Positions 49,317 to 57,853 of a stretch of DNA of 64,000 nt are shown piece after piece. Origin of the DNA: Methanomassiliicoccales archaeon (GTDB taxonomy: Archaea > Thermoplasmatota > Thermoplasmata > Methanomassiliicoccales > UBA472). Under the pieces are notes generated by a model. It made no database searches, was not told the DNA's origin, and saw nothing but the letters and a program-made list of their open reading frames with translations. Where the stretch lies: positions 44,542 to 108,541 of the forward strand of contig JAPKYK010000004.1 in assembly GCA_026394395.1 (NCBI GenBank). The letters run 5' to 3'. Position numbers and translations under genes: made by a program. Each line of letters opens with the position of its first letter. Within the stretch, counting starts at the first letter, position 1.

Positions 49317-50507
49317 TCAGTGCACGAAGTCTACGCCATCTCCCGAAGACTCGCCCCGCGCGTTGACGGTCTCCCCAAGCTTGTACATCTTGATTCCCAG
49401 TTTACCCGCCACGTTCGTTGACATCGAGTCGACCATGAACTTCGATTTGGCGCCAGTGAAGATCAGCAGGACCTTGATCAGCCCCTCGTTCGCCGGCTCT
49501 ATGGAGCAACCCCAGATGATCCTGGCCATTGGATCGACGCTCTTGCCCACGTACTCTGCGGCCTTCTGCGCCTCATCGACGGTCATATCCGGCCCGCCAA
49601 CGATGCGTACCAGCGCGCCCTTCGAGTCCTTCACGGCGATATCACCAAGAAGAGGTGAGTTGATAGCTTCCTTGACCGCCTCCTTGACTGGATCGTCGGT
49701 GTCGTTTCTGTTCGCTTCTCCAATGCCTACGAAAGCCACTCCTCCCTCGTTCATGAGCGTGAGTATGTCCGAATAGTCAAGGTTCACGAGGCCAGGCTTG
49801 GTGATTATCTCCGTCAAGCCCTTGATCGTCTGCATAAGTACTTCGTCCGCCACCTTGAACGCCTGCTCGATCGGCAGTTTTGGCACCAGGTCGATTAGCC
49901 TGTCGTTCGGGACGACGATCGTAGTATCTGTGACGCGTGCCAGCTTTTCCAGGCCGTCCAGGGCGTTCTCCATTCTGATCGCGCCCTCGGCCTTGAAGGG
50001 CAGGGTGACAACCCCGATGGTCATGGCACGATATCGTTCCTTGGCCATCTGAGCGACATAATGCGCCGCTCCCGTACCTGTTCCTCCTCCCATTCCCGCG
50101 GTTATGAACACTATGTTCGCTCCATTGAGAAAATTGCTGATCTCGGTGTCGTTCTCCCGGGCGGCCTGCTCCCCCACCCTGGGTATCGCCCCCGCTCCCA
50201 GGCCGCGGGTGGTCGTCTTACCGATCAGTATCTTGGCCGGGGTTCGTATGGTCAGAAGATGCTTCACGTCGGTGTTGATGCCGCATAACTGTGCTCCATT
50301 TATGCCCTCGTCCACGCAGCGGTTTATGGTGTTGCATCCGCCGCCACCGCAGCCGATGATCTTGATGCAAACATCGAGCTGTTGGGCGATCTTCCTTATC
50401 TCTTCATCGGCAGGGGAGCATTCCGTCGCCGCTTTCTCCTGAGCCGGCGTTTTCAACTTATTGCTCTCAAGGCTCGCTAGAGCGCTCTTGACTAATGAGT
50501 TTGGCAT
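49317..50507 (-). CDS. ftsZ: cell division protein FtsZ
   Basis: GCGGGGCNTINR, GLGAG and GMGGGTGTGAA tubulin signature. ATG at 50507 preferred over TTG at 50519. Confidence 0.95.
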   Translation of the reverse strand: MPNSLVKSALASLESNKLKTPAQEKAATECSPADEEIRKIAQQLDVCIKIIGCGGGGCNTINRCVDEGINGAQLCGINTDVKHLLTIRTPAKILIGKTTTRGLGAGAIPRVGEQAARENDTEISNFLNGANIVFITAGMGGGTGTGAAHYVAQMAKERYRAMTIGVVTLPFKAEGAIRMENALDGLEKLARVTDTTIVVPNDRLIDLVPKLPIEQAFKVADEVLMQTIKGLTEIITKPGLVNLDYSDILTLMNEGGVAFVGIGEANRNDTDDPVKEAVKEAINSPLLGDIAVKDSKGALVRIVGGPDMTVDEAQKAAEYVGKSVDPMARIIWGCSIEPANEGLIKVLLIFTGAKSKFMVDSMSTNVAGKLGIKMYKLGETVNARGESSGDGVDFVH

Positions 50508-50555
50508 AGTGCATCCCAATAATTAATTGGATGTCGCATGATAAAAATCTATTTA

Positions 50556-50595
50556 TTGCATAAGCAATAATTTTCAAAAATAATGCAATGTTGCA
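50556..50595. promoter_or_regulatory. two TTGCA/TGCAA-type palindromes in the ftsZ / CARF-regulator divergent intergenic region
   Basis: TTGCATAAGCAA (50556-50567) and TGCAATGTTGCA (50584-50595), set in AT-rich DNA with TATA-like tracts. Confidence 0.35.
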
Positions 50596-50611
50596 AAAAA
50601 TAATATAATTT

Positions 50612-51289
50612 ATGACACAATACAATAAAACGATGGACGAAACGATAGAAATGCCCTATGCAATTTCACTGGTGGGATCCAGACCTGAATCTGTAATGAG
50701 GTCACTGATATCCCAGTTGAGGTCCATAAAAACGTTGGTCCTCTTCCATTCTGCACATCCCATTTCGATGGCCGCGGCGAACTCCATATCCATGACCTTG
50801 CACGATGTCGGGATAAAAGTGGTAAAAAATCAAATTGAAGACGTGTTCAACTTTTTTGAGGTCTTCTTGTCAGCCGATTATATCTGCTCGAAATATGGGG
50901 AACCTGCTTGGGTCAATGCCACCGATGGTCCGGGGCTGGGGGCTTCCGCCTTAACGACGTTCGCCACCATACACGGTATCGATTTAGTATCATATGACGA
51001 AGAAAAGGATGCGACTTTTTTAGTCCATCTCACCGAGCTTAACGAACTATTGCAGTGCAGTGTAAAGTTCAAGAGATTGTTGGAGGAGATAATAAGAAAT
51101 GATAATTGCTCAATGGGGCAAATTTGTTCCAATCTTATTATTTCCAGATCCACGGCATCGAGACAACTGAAAACGCTCCGCAGGTTAAATTTGATAAACA
51201 TATCAGGATCTGGACGAGGCCGATCTCCGTTCATAATATCAATGACCGCCTGGGGCAGACAATTTTGCCAATATTCAGGAATGGATTGA
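50612..51289 (+). CDS. CARF/Csa3-like Rossmann sensor domain fused to a C-terminal winged-helix DNA-binding domain
   Basis: N-terminal pattern ISLVGSRPESVMRSL..., LVLFHS, WVNATDGPGLGASALTTFA resembles CARF/Csa3/NE0113-type domains. C-terminal SMGQICSNLIISRSTASRQLKTLRRLNLI is wHTH-like. Assigned by pattern only. Confidence 0.45.
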   Translation: MTQYNKTMDETIEMPYAISLVGSRPESVMRSLISQLRSIKTLVLFHSAHPISMAAANSISMTLHDVGIKVVKNQIEDVFNFFEVFLSADYICSKYGEPAWVNATDGPGLGASALTTFATIHGIDLVSYDEEKDATFLVHLTELNELLQCSVKFKRLLEEIIRNDNCSMGQICSNLIISRSTASRQLKTLRRLNLINISGSGRGRSPFIISMTAWGRQFCQYSGMD

Positions 51290-51425
51290 TTTCATATCTT
51301 ATGGTGCTAAGATCGAAGCTGGGAACAATTGGCGTGGAACGTGACCGAATTCGTTGCCGCCACCGTTCAGACACGATTCCGACGCCTTTTCATTGAATAT
51401 TCAACCAAAATATAAATTTCATTTT

Positions 51426-51534
51426 ATTATTATAATTTCCTACAGATTACCAAAATGCCGTTAATGGAAAGAAAAAAGAGGAACTAGATATACATTCTTG
51501 CGATACCCTCCGGGCTTGCCATTAGGCATATCCA
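51426..51534 (+). repeat. about 110-bp direct repeat, copy 1 (contains degenerate tRNA-Lys 3'-end core at 51506-51519)
   Basis: Aligns by eye with 59632-59741 at roughly three quarters of positions. Shared blocks are ATTATTATAAT, AGATTA.CA.AATGCCGTTA, GCGATACCCTCCGGGC..GCCATTAGGCATATCCA. Confidence 0.7.
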
Positions 51535-52220
51535 GTCACCTCAAATTTTTTGTCAATCAGGGGGTTTTTTGCACCGGCCTGTTCCGAGGGAGGTGTGGCA
51601 AACGCGTTATGAATCCTCTCTACGGTCTTGTCCTCTTCGATGCGCCGATAGTACCTCTTTGTCGTTACGGTAGAGGAGTGCCCCATGGAATAGGACACAT
51701 CCTCTAGCAGCTCTGGGTGGTCCTTCATCACGATCTGCAGGAAGGTCGCCCAGAAGGTCTTCAAGGAGAATTGCTCAAAGCCCGCTGGCAAACGAGCCCC
51801 AATCACTTTCTTGAAGCGACGAAAGGAGTTGCTGGAGTAGATGCACGGATTCGATCTCCCCCGCACCGAGGGAATGAGCGGTGCAGCATCCTCGTCGAAC
51901 CCATACTTCTCCAGGTAAGCCTTACGAGCTTTAAGGAATTTAACGATGGCCAGTCTGGCCGGAGGAAGGATCACGGCTTTCCTCTCCCTCCCATACTTGC
52001 CCTTCCCCTTAGGATTCTTGATCTTGATGAAAATCATGTCGGGGTTCAGATCCTTCAGGTCAGCCAGTCTTAGTTCAGACGGTCGAAGACCGGTATTGGG
52101 CAGTATGACCACCAAGAAGCGACACACCTCGCCCGTCCATCCCTTTATTCCGTTAGCCGCCTCCTGTATATCTTCCAGCTCGTCCGAAGATAGGCTTCTT
52201 ACCTCCTTGGTAATTCGCAT
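51522..52220 (-). CDS. tyrosine recombinase/integrase, catalytic domain only
   Basis: GLRPSELRL (Arg I), MGHSSTVTTKRYY (His...Tyr). Only 232 aa, no N-terminal core-binding domain. The stop lies inside the repeat (..TGYA*). Confidence 0.75.
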   Translation of the reverse strand: MRITKEVRSLSSDELEDIQEAANGIKGWTGEVCRFLVVILPNTGLRPSELRLADLKDLNPDMIFIKIKNPKGKGKYGRERKAVILPPARLAIVKFLKARKAYLEKYGFDEDAAPLIPSVRGRSNPCIYSSNSFRRFKKVIGARLPAGFEQFSLKTFWATFLQIVMKDHPELLEDVSYSMGHSSTVTTKRYYRRIEEDKTVERIHNAFATPPSEQAGAKNPLIDKKFEVTGYA

Positions 52221-52517
52221 GCTGAACTGGGTGCCCTTTTTCTTTAATTAGCAAATAAGTTCTAAACATAATCTGTATTTGTGCAAGATCCCCAACGGTT
52301 TCCTGAATTTTTTGTTGAGTTGTAAAAAAGAATGTTGTGGCGAATGTCACTATTCCAAGGGTTCCAAATAAGGCCGATAGTGCAGTATTATTTTCACGAC
52401 CAAAATGAAGTACATATAATATCAGAACGATTCTAATAGCTTTGACTATCCAATTAATGGTAATATTTAAAAAAAATGCCAATTCTTGGAATAAAACAGA
52501 TCTAGAAAATCTTTTCT

Positions 52518-52673
52518 CAACAACTTCTCTTTCAGTTCTTCCTGCTCTCTGAATATGATTTGATTTCTTATCCCGGTCTGGTAGTGAGCTTCATTGCAGA
52601 GATCTCGCTAACCTTATGGCTTCTGGTCAAGGGAGTGAGGGACAATGGGCAGACTTCGATGGAGGCTGGCTGA
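52518..52673 (+). pseudogene. C-terminal fragment of a DUF4386-like membrane protein
   Basis: My translation ...YPGLVVSFIAEISLTLWLLVKGVRDNGQ* parallels the C-terminus ...EMVLAAWLIVKGFNPS of the intact DUF4386 gene at 54801-55538. No start or N-terminal part. Confidence 0.4.
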
Positions 52674-53078
52674 TCCTCAATAATCATTCCTTTTGCTCGA
52701 TTGGAAGATGTACTCGGAAGGGGTGATAATGAGCATGGATAGCGGAACCGGCGAGATATTCGAAGGGGCCATACGCATCACCGAGCAAAAGCCATTGGAA
52801 CTACTGGACAAAGTGGAACTGTAAGAATGAACAAGCTCGTTCCCCTCTAAACCAACAAGAACAGTAATTTCAGCCGTGCAAAATCATAGAAACATAAATT
52901 GCGACTTTGTTTTTGAGTTTGAAACACATTCAAATCAAAACTCAATTCCACAATCTCTTGGATGGATCCGCGGAGCTGGCTAGTAATAGTTTGAACTCAC
53001 GAGACCTAACAACATTTCCAACATTCCAGACTTATCACAAATTACTTTAAGAGGACGCGGTAATCAATATTGTTGGGT

Positions 53079-53645
53079 ATGAACATGGCAGGAACAAAGG
53101 CTGGAAAAAGAACGAATGCATCTACTAAAATCGACAAAAATCGAGAGGTCAAGACCCCAGCGGAGGAGGTCAAGCCACCAACCGAGCAGGAGCAATCCCT
53201 CGTTCCAACTCCAGAGCAGGGGAGTGAAGAGCCTAACATCTCAAGCATCACCGAGCAACCCACACCGGAGATAGATGCTTCAACGAAATCCAGAACCTAT
53301 AGCTCAGGGTTTGGTTGGGTGATTATTGATGGAAAGAAATTCAACAACGATGTCGTTGTCCTAATGGATGGTTCTGTTGTCAAAAGGGAGAAGAACCTAT
53401 CCCGGGATAAGAAAGCGAAGTACGGCCATACGCCATTGACCCGCAAAGAGCTTCTCCCACTTCTCAAGAATAAACCAGACCTGATAGTCATCGGAACCGG
53501 TCAGAATGGGGCGATGCCGATTACACCCAAGGCCGAAAAAATCCTCAAGGACAACAAAAGTTTCATCGGACCTACGCCGGACGCGCTCGATTGTATGCAG
53601 AAGAATGGAAGAAATGTGGTAGCACTGTTGCACGTCACGTGCTGA
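53079..53645 (+). CDS. Mth938-like (DUF498) domain protein with long disordered N-terminal extension
   Basis: C-terminal GFGWVIIDGKKFNNDVVV...LIVIGTGQNGAMPI...VVALLHVTC. N-terminal about 85 aa rich in P/E/T/K. Confidence 0.6.
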   Translation: MNMAGTKAGKRTNASTKIDKNREVKTPAEEVKPPTEQEQSLVPTPEQGSEEPNISSITEQPTPEIDASTKSRTYSSGFGWVIIDGKKFNNDVVVLMDGSVVKREKNLSRDKKAKYGHTPLTRKELLPLLKNKPDLIVIGTGQNGAMPITPKAEKILKDNKSFIGPTPDALDCMQKNGRNVVALLHVTC

Positions 53646-53823
53646 ATGGTATTGCCTCGACCCGCCTTTATTCAAAGGATTGATTGGCATAGCCTCCTCG
53701 TGGTTGAGAAAGAAATCTAGGGCTATTTATCAGTTAAAGCGAATGTTCCAGAAAGATTCCTGCACCAGTATCATGCTTGCCATTCAAGTCTAGAGAAGAC
53801 ATCGAAAGGATTGTTAGATTTTG

Positions 53824-54804
53824 TTATTTCTGTTCTATAGTTATGACGATCTTACCCCGAGCCTTTCCATCTTCGAAATACTGGAATGCCTCCGCAACAT
53901 CATCCAGATGGTACTGTCTATCTATGAATGACACCACCTTACCATCTTTAAGAAGCTCGCTAACAACAGCCAGGTCTTCCTTCCTCAACTTTGCCGTCAA
54001 GCTGCCCATTTTCTTGTTGCCGGTCATTGAGATCAATGGCCCAAGCAACAGCGCCTGGGATATTTGAGCGCCAGAACCTCCGCTCATGACGTAGATCCCT
54101 TTGGGACTTAATGCCCGCTTGTAATCTGAGATTCGACGATATCCGTTGGCGCCAATGATCAGGTCATAGTGATGGCCATTCTTAGTCAAATCTTCCTTAG
54201 TGTAATCAATGACGTGATCTGCCCCGATCGAGCGTGCAATTTCCAAATTCCTCGTGCTGCACACCGCGGTTACCTCGGCCCCGAACGATTTAGCGATCTG
54301 CACTGCGAACGTACCTACGCCGCCCGACGCCCCATAAATCAATACCTTTTGACCCGGCCGAATCTTTCCTTTGTCACGAAGGCCCTGAAGAGCGGTGATT
54401 GCAGCCAAAGGTGAGGCCGCCGCTTCCTCGAATGTTATGTTGGCCGGTTTCAACACAAGTGCATCTTCGGTGGCACATGCAAATTCGGCATAGGCACCCC
54501 GACCACACTCAGCTAGGTTCCCGAAAACCTCATCACCTGGATGGAACTGCCTAACCTCCTTGCCGACCGCTTCGACCCGACCGGCCACGTCCGATCCAGG
54601 TATCTTGTTTTTAGGCTTCAGAAGCCCAGAGGCCATTATACGGACGACGAACGGTTTGCCTCTGATCATGATCCAGTCAGCTTTGTTTATGGATGCCGCA
54701 TGGACTTTTATAAGCACCTCATTTTCCTTCGGAACAGGTTTTTCCACCTCCTTGAGCTGAAGAACTTCCGGTGGCCCGTATTTTGAGCATACAACTGCTT
54801 TCAT
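53824..54804 (-). CDS. zinc-type alcohol dehydrogenase / NADPH:quinone oxidoreductase family (MDR)
   Basis: GSDVAGRV and GASGGVGTFAVQIAK Rossmann motif. Confidence 0.85.
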   Translation of the reverse strand: MKAVVCSKYGPPEVLQLKEVEKPVPKENEVLIKVHAASINKADWIMIRGKPFVVRIMASGLLKPKNKIPGSDVAGRVEAVGKEVRQFHPGDEVFGNLAECGRGAYAEFACATEDALVLKPANITFEEAAASPLAAITALQGLRDKGKIRPGQKVLIYGASGGVGTFAVQIAKSFGAEVTAVCSTRNLEIARSIGADHVIDYTKEDLTKNGHHYDLIIGANGYRRISDYKRALSPKGIYVMSGGSGAQISQALLLGPLISMTGNKKMGSLTAKLRKEDLAVVSELLKDGKVVSFIDRQYHLDDVAEAFQYFEDGKARGKIVITIEQK

Positions 54805-55538
54805 GAATGTTCCCCCGAAGCGATTGCGGATGGATTAAATCCTTTAACTATCAGCCATGCGGCAAGAACCATTTCTTGCGGGAGTATTGGAAGATTCAAA
54901 ATGATCTGTTCCGTTGAAAAAGGATCTATGGCACCGAACATGGTCAATACGCATGATAACATGGTCAATATGGCAGCGACAAGACCCCAGCCCGATAACC
55001 ATCGAGGAACTAGTTTTGTTCGATAAAATATGATATAATATAGCATACACCCTATAGAAAAGGCCAGCAGCGCCCCAACATTGGCCACCCAACGATATCC
55101 TGCTAGTAACAACGCTCCCAAGGTTTGGAAATACGATGAATCCGGAGCTCCAGCTTCTACAAATTGATGGCTTAATGTTATTAGTAGTAGCAGACCGCAC
55201 ACAGCAACAAAACGTAACACTCCCTCAATAGTCCTGAAACCAACCGCTCCAAGAGCTAGACCTCCATTGTATTTTCTTAGCACTGGATACAGTGAAATAG
55301 CAATACCAGTAGCGGCAGCACCACCGATAAACAAAAGAAGGGCTCCTGCTGCCACTAAGCCTCCATTTGCAGAAACATCAACAAGGTAATTCGTAGCATT
55401 TATAGGTCCCAGGAATGAGATGCTTAGTATATCCACGCCCGTTGCAATTATAAATAAAACTCCCGTAATTATTGCGTTCTTTCGGTAATATCCTTCTGTC
55501 ATTCTAGTCACTTCTCCACGTAAGTCGCTGAAGGACAT
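54801..55538 (-). CDS. DUF4386 family membrane protein
   Basis: About 6 TM helices with C-terminal WLIVKGF motif. ATGA overlap with the oxidoreductase gene. Confidence 0.6.
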   Translation of the reverse strand: MSFSDLRGEVTRMTEGYYRKNAIITGVLFIIATGVDILSISFLGPINATNYLVDVSANGGLVAAGALLLFIGGAAATGIAISLYPVLRKYNGGLALGAVGFRTIEGVLRFVAVCGLLLLITLSHQFVEAGAPDSSYFQTLGALLLAGYRWVANVGALLAFSIGCMLYYIIFYRTKLVPRWLSGWGLVAAILTMLSCVLTMFGAIDPFSTEQIILNLPILPQEMVLAAWLIVKGFNPSAIASGEHS

Positions 55539-55814
55539 TCATTGCTTACTCCCCCGAACCATCTTAGATTCCTCAGATTTATTGGGATGCTCCAGATCGC
55601 TCATGGCAAGGTCCATTCTTAGCTCGCCATTGCTTCCAATCACTTCCAGAATGACGTCTTCCAAGAATCGAGCTCGTTTCAGCGATCCAATAGAGCCTTC
55701 GATAAGGACTTTTTCGTCTCTGTCCAAGGATACGTTCTTCACATCCCCTTTCGATTTGAGTTCGATGGTGAACATCCGTTTGTCTTTTCCATTTCTTGTT
55801 TGGGTCATTTTCAA
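55539..55814 (-). CDS. small hypothetical protein, first gene of the DUF4386-oxidoreductase operon
   Basis: 91-aa ORF abutting the next gene with no gap. No family recognised. Confidence 0.4.
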   Translation of the reverse strand: MKMTQTRNGKDKRMFTIELKSKGDVKNVSLDRDEKVLIEGSIGSLKRARFLEDVILEVIGSNGELRMDLAMSDLEHPNKSEESKMVRGSKQ

Positions 55815-55894
55815 ATCTCAAATCAGTTAAGCGCGAACCATGGTTGATAATCTTTATTTGATTCGGATGTGTTGCTATTAGCAGTTATGTGTAG

Positions 55895-56668
55895 GTGTTA
55901 CATTTGGTGAAAACGAACGTCGATGAGGACCGCCTCTCCGACATTCTCATACAGTTATCCAACGCAGACAGGCGGAGGATAATTGAGGTTCTTCAGACGA
56001 AGAAGCTCAAGCTAAACGAAGTTGCAAAGGAGCTGGATATCACTGCTACAGAGGCGTTCAGGCAGTTGCAGCGGTTGACGGATGCTGGCCTCTTGGAGAA
56101 GACCTCTGATGGCAGATACCGCTCCACCCCATATTCGAGGCTCATCCAAGAATCCTCCACCGCCATGGACTTTCTTTCCAAACATAGGGAGTATTTCTTA
56201 GACCATGATACGTCGCTCATTCCTCCTCAATTCCGCGCCAGGTTCGGAGAGCTCTCGAAGACCGTACTTCATACTGAGGCGGTCCCCAACATCAACACCG
56301 GCAGCGAGGTCCTCAAGAGCGCCGAGGAGCGGATCGACGTGATCGGCGAACATCGCTTGGAGCAGCATGTCCAGATAGCCAAACAGCGCTCGTTGGAGGG
56401 AGTGAAGGTCAGGACCCTGTTGCAGGAAAGCAACATTGAGAGCATGAAAGAGGAGATCATCTCTGTTAAGCAATCGCTGGAGAGGAGATTCATCCCCCGA
56501 GTTTGCGCTGTCATGATAATGACCGAAAAAATAGTCGGGATTGCGTTACCGAGGTTGGATGGAAAGATGGATTACCAGGTCTTCGCCGGTAACGATTCAG
56601 AATCAATGAGATGGGCCAGCGACCTATTTGAAGATCAATGGAATAAGGCCAAGCCATGGCACCCTTAG
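55895..56668 (+). CDS. ArsR-type wHTH regulator with C-terminal DUF1724/FilR1-like domain
   Basis: N-terminal ADRRRIIEVL..KKLKLNEVAKELDITATEAFRQLQRLTDAGLLEK. About 170-aa C-terminal domain. Divergent from the 55814-53824 operon. Confidence 0.65.
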   Translation: MLHLVKTNVDEDRLSDILIQLSNADRRRIIEVLQTKKLKLNEVAKELDITATEAFRQLQRLTDAGLLEKTSDGRYRSTPYSRLIQESSTAMDFLSKHREYFLDHDTSLIPPQFRARFGELSKTVLHTEAVPNINTGSEVLKSAEERIDVIGEHRLEQHVQIAKQRSLEGVKVRTLLQESNIESMKEEIISVKQSLERRFIPRVCAVMIMTEKIVGIALPRLDGKMDYQVFAGNDSESMRWASDLFEDQWNKAKPWHP

Positions 56669-57077
56669 GACGACTCCAGGATCGGTCCACCGAAGAACCC
56701 GTTCAGGATCCCGGCCACGGCGTACAGGGCGTTGAGGTATCATTTTTCCAATCTATATACTACCCCCGTACTATACTACTGGGGTAATATACAATTCCGA
56801 AAAAAGGCCCACCCATACCTGTTAACACTTACTTATGATCCCTTACTCGTACTGGTTACGTCGTAAGGAAAAAGGCCTGCCTATCGTTCAGGTCTAATTA
56901 AGACAGAAAAATGATACCTCTTTATTTTATTACTGAAGTTGTCAGTCCTAATCTTTACAATTGAAAATGCTACAGACATACATTATCATTTTCTAAAAAC
57001 TGAAAATTCTGAGAGTTTAGTCAATAACCAGGATATTATTATAAATCTTCAAACGCTATATTTTAAAGGCTGATCAA

Positions 57078-57593
57078 ATGACCAATACGTACTCCCTTCT
57101 TGCGATTAACGATCTGGTGCTGAAAAAGAAGATATTGTCTTTACACGAGCACTATGATGTGGAAGATATAAATGGGACTAAATTGGGGGAAGCCGAAGGC
57201 AATCTGGTTCAGATTCCCGCCAAATTCACTCTCAAGGACACCAATAATTCGGAGCTGATGCATCTCGGCGGGAAAGTGTTGTCGATCCGAGACCAGTTCA
57301 CTTTGTATGACGGATCTGGAGCAGAGTTGGGAGTTATAAAGAAAAAGATTATCAAGTTGATCGGAAGAGAGTATTGGATAGAGAAAAACGGAGTCGAGGT
57401 GATGCGTATCTTTGGGAACTTCACCGATCACGACTACCAGATGCAGATCAACGGCGCTCAGGTCGCTATGGTGCATAGGAGATGGTTCTCTGTCCGAGAT
57501 AAGATTGGTGTCTCGATTACAGGCATGGTAGATCATAGGTTGGTAATTGGAGCTGTGATCGTGATTGAGCACCTGGAAGTGAAGGAGAAATAA
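57078..57593 (+). CDS. LURP-one-related / tubby C-terminal-like (DUF567) protein
   Basis: Repeated beta-strand pattern: LKKKILSL...Y.V.D.NG..L.EAEG, FTLYDGSGAELG.IKKK, Y.M.INGA.VA.V.R. Confidence 0.7.
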   Translation: MTNTYSLLAINDLVLKKKILSLHEHYDVEDINGTKLGEAEGNLVQIPAKFTLKDTNNSELMHLGGKVLSIRDQFTLYDGSGAELGVIKKKIIKLIGREYWIEKNGVEVMRIFGNFTDHDYQMQINGAQVAMVHRRWFSVRDKIGVSITGMVDHRLVIGAVIVIEHLEVKEK

Positions 57594-57853
57594 CATCAAA
57601 CGTTCATTGAACTAAGTATATACTGCATAAAGCCAGTGCACGCGCTTGAATGATCTATAGATACGCTTCCAGACCATGATGTTTATTACATTTCTTTGTA
57701 TTGTAGTTGCAATGACTGGTTTAATGGACAACAAATCTCCCAGGGCCCACTATTATTCTGGCCTTAATATCTCATAGCTTATGAAGATTCAAAGCGGTCC
57801 TCAATTTTGGCAAGGAGAAGTGTTATCTGTTGCAAGTCATTTCGCTCTCTGTC

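Noticed and set aside
49317-50507. The idea that ftsZ itself is foreign because its GC looks somewhat lower than the upstream core genes.
   Set aside because: The impression is by eye only and the difference is modest. Highly expressed genes often deviate in codon usage. I keep it only as a hypothesis within the tRNA-Lys finding, not as a claim.
52153-52482. 109-aa minus-strand ORF upstream of, and overlapping, the integrase by 68 nt (hydrophobic N-terminus).
   Set aside because: It has a long out-of-frame overlap with the integrase start, AT-rich low-complexity coding and no recognisable family. The region looks decayed. It cannot be supported as a gene, though a 2-TM micro-protein is not excluded.
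52730-52825. 31-codon ORF (MSMDSGTGEIFEGAIRITEQKPLELLDKVEL) with a GGAAGGGGTG upstream.
   Set aside because: It is too short, has no recognisable homology, and lies in a region containing gene fragments. It may be a remnant.
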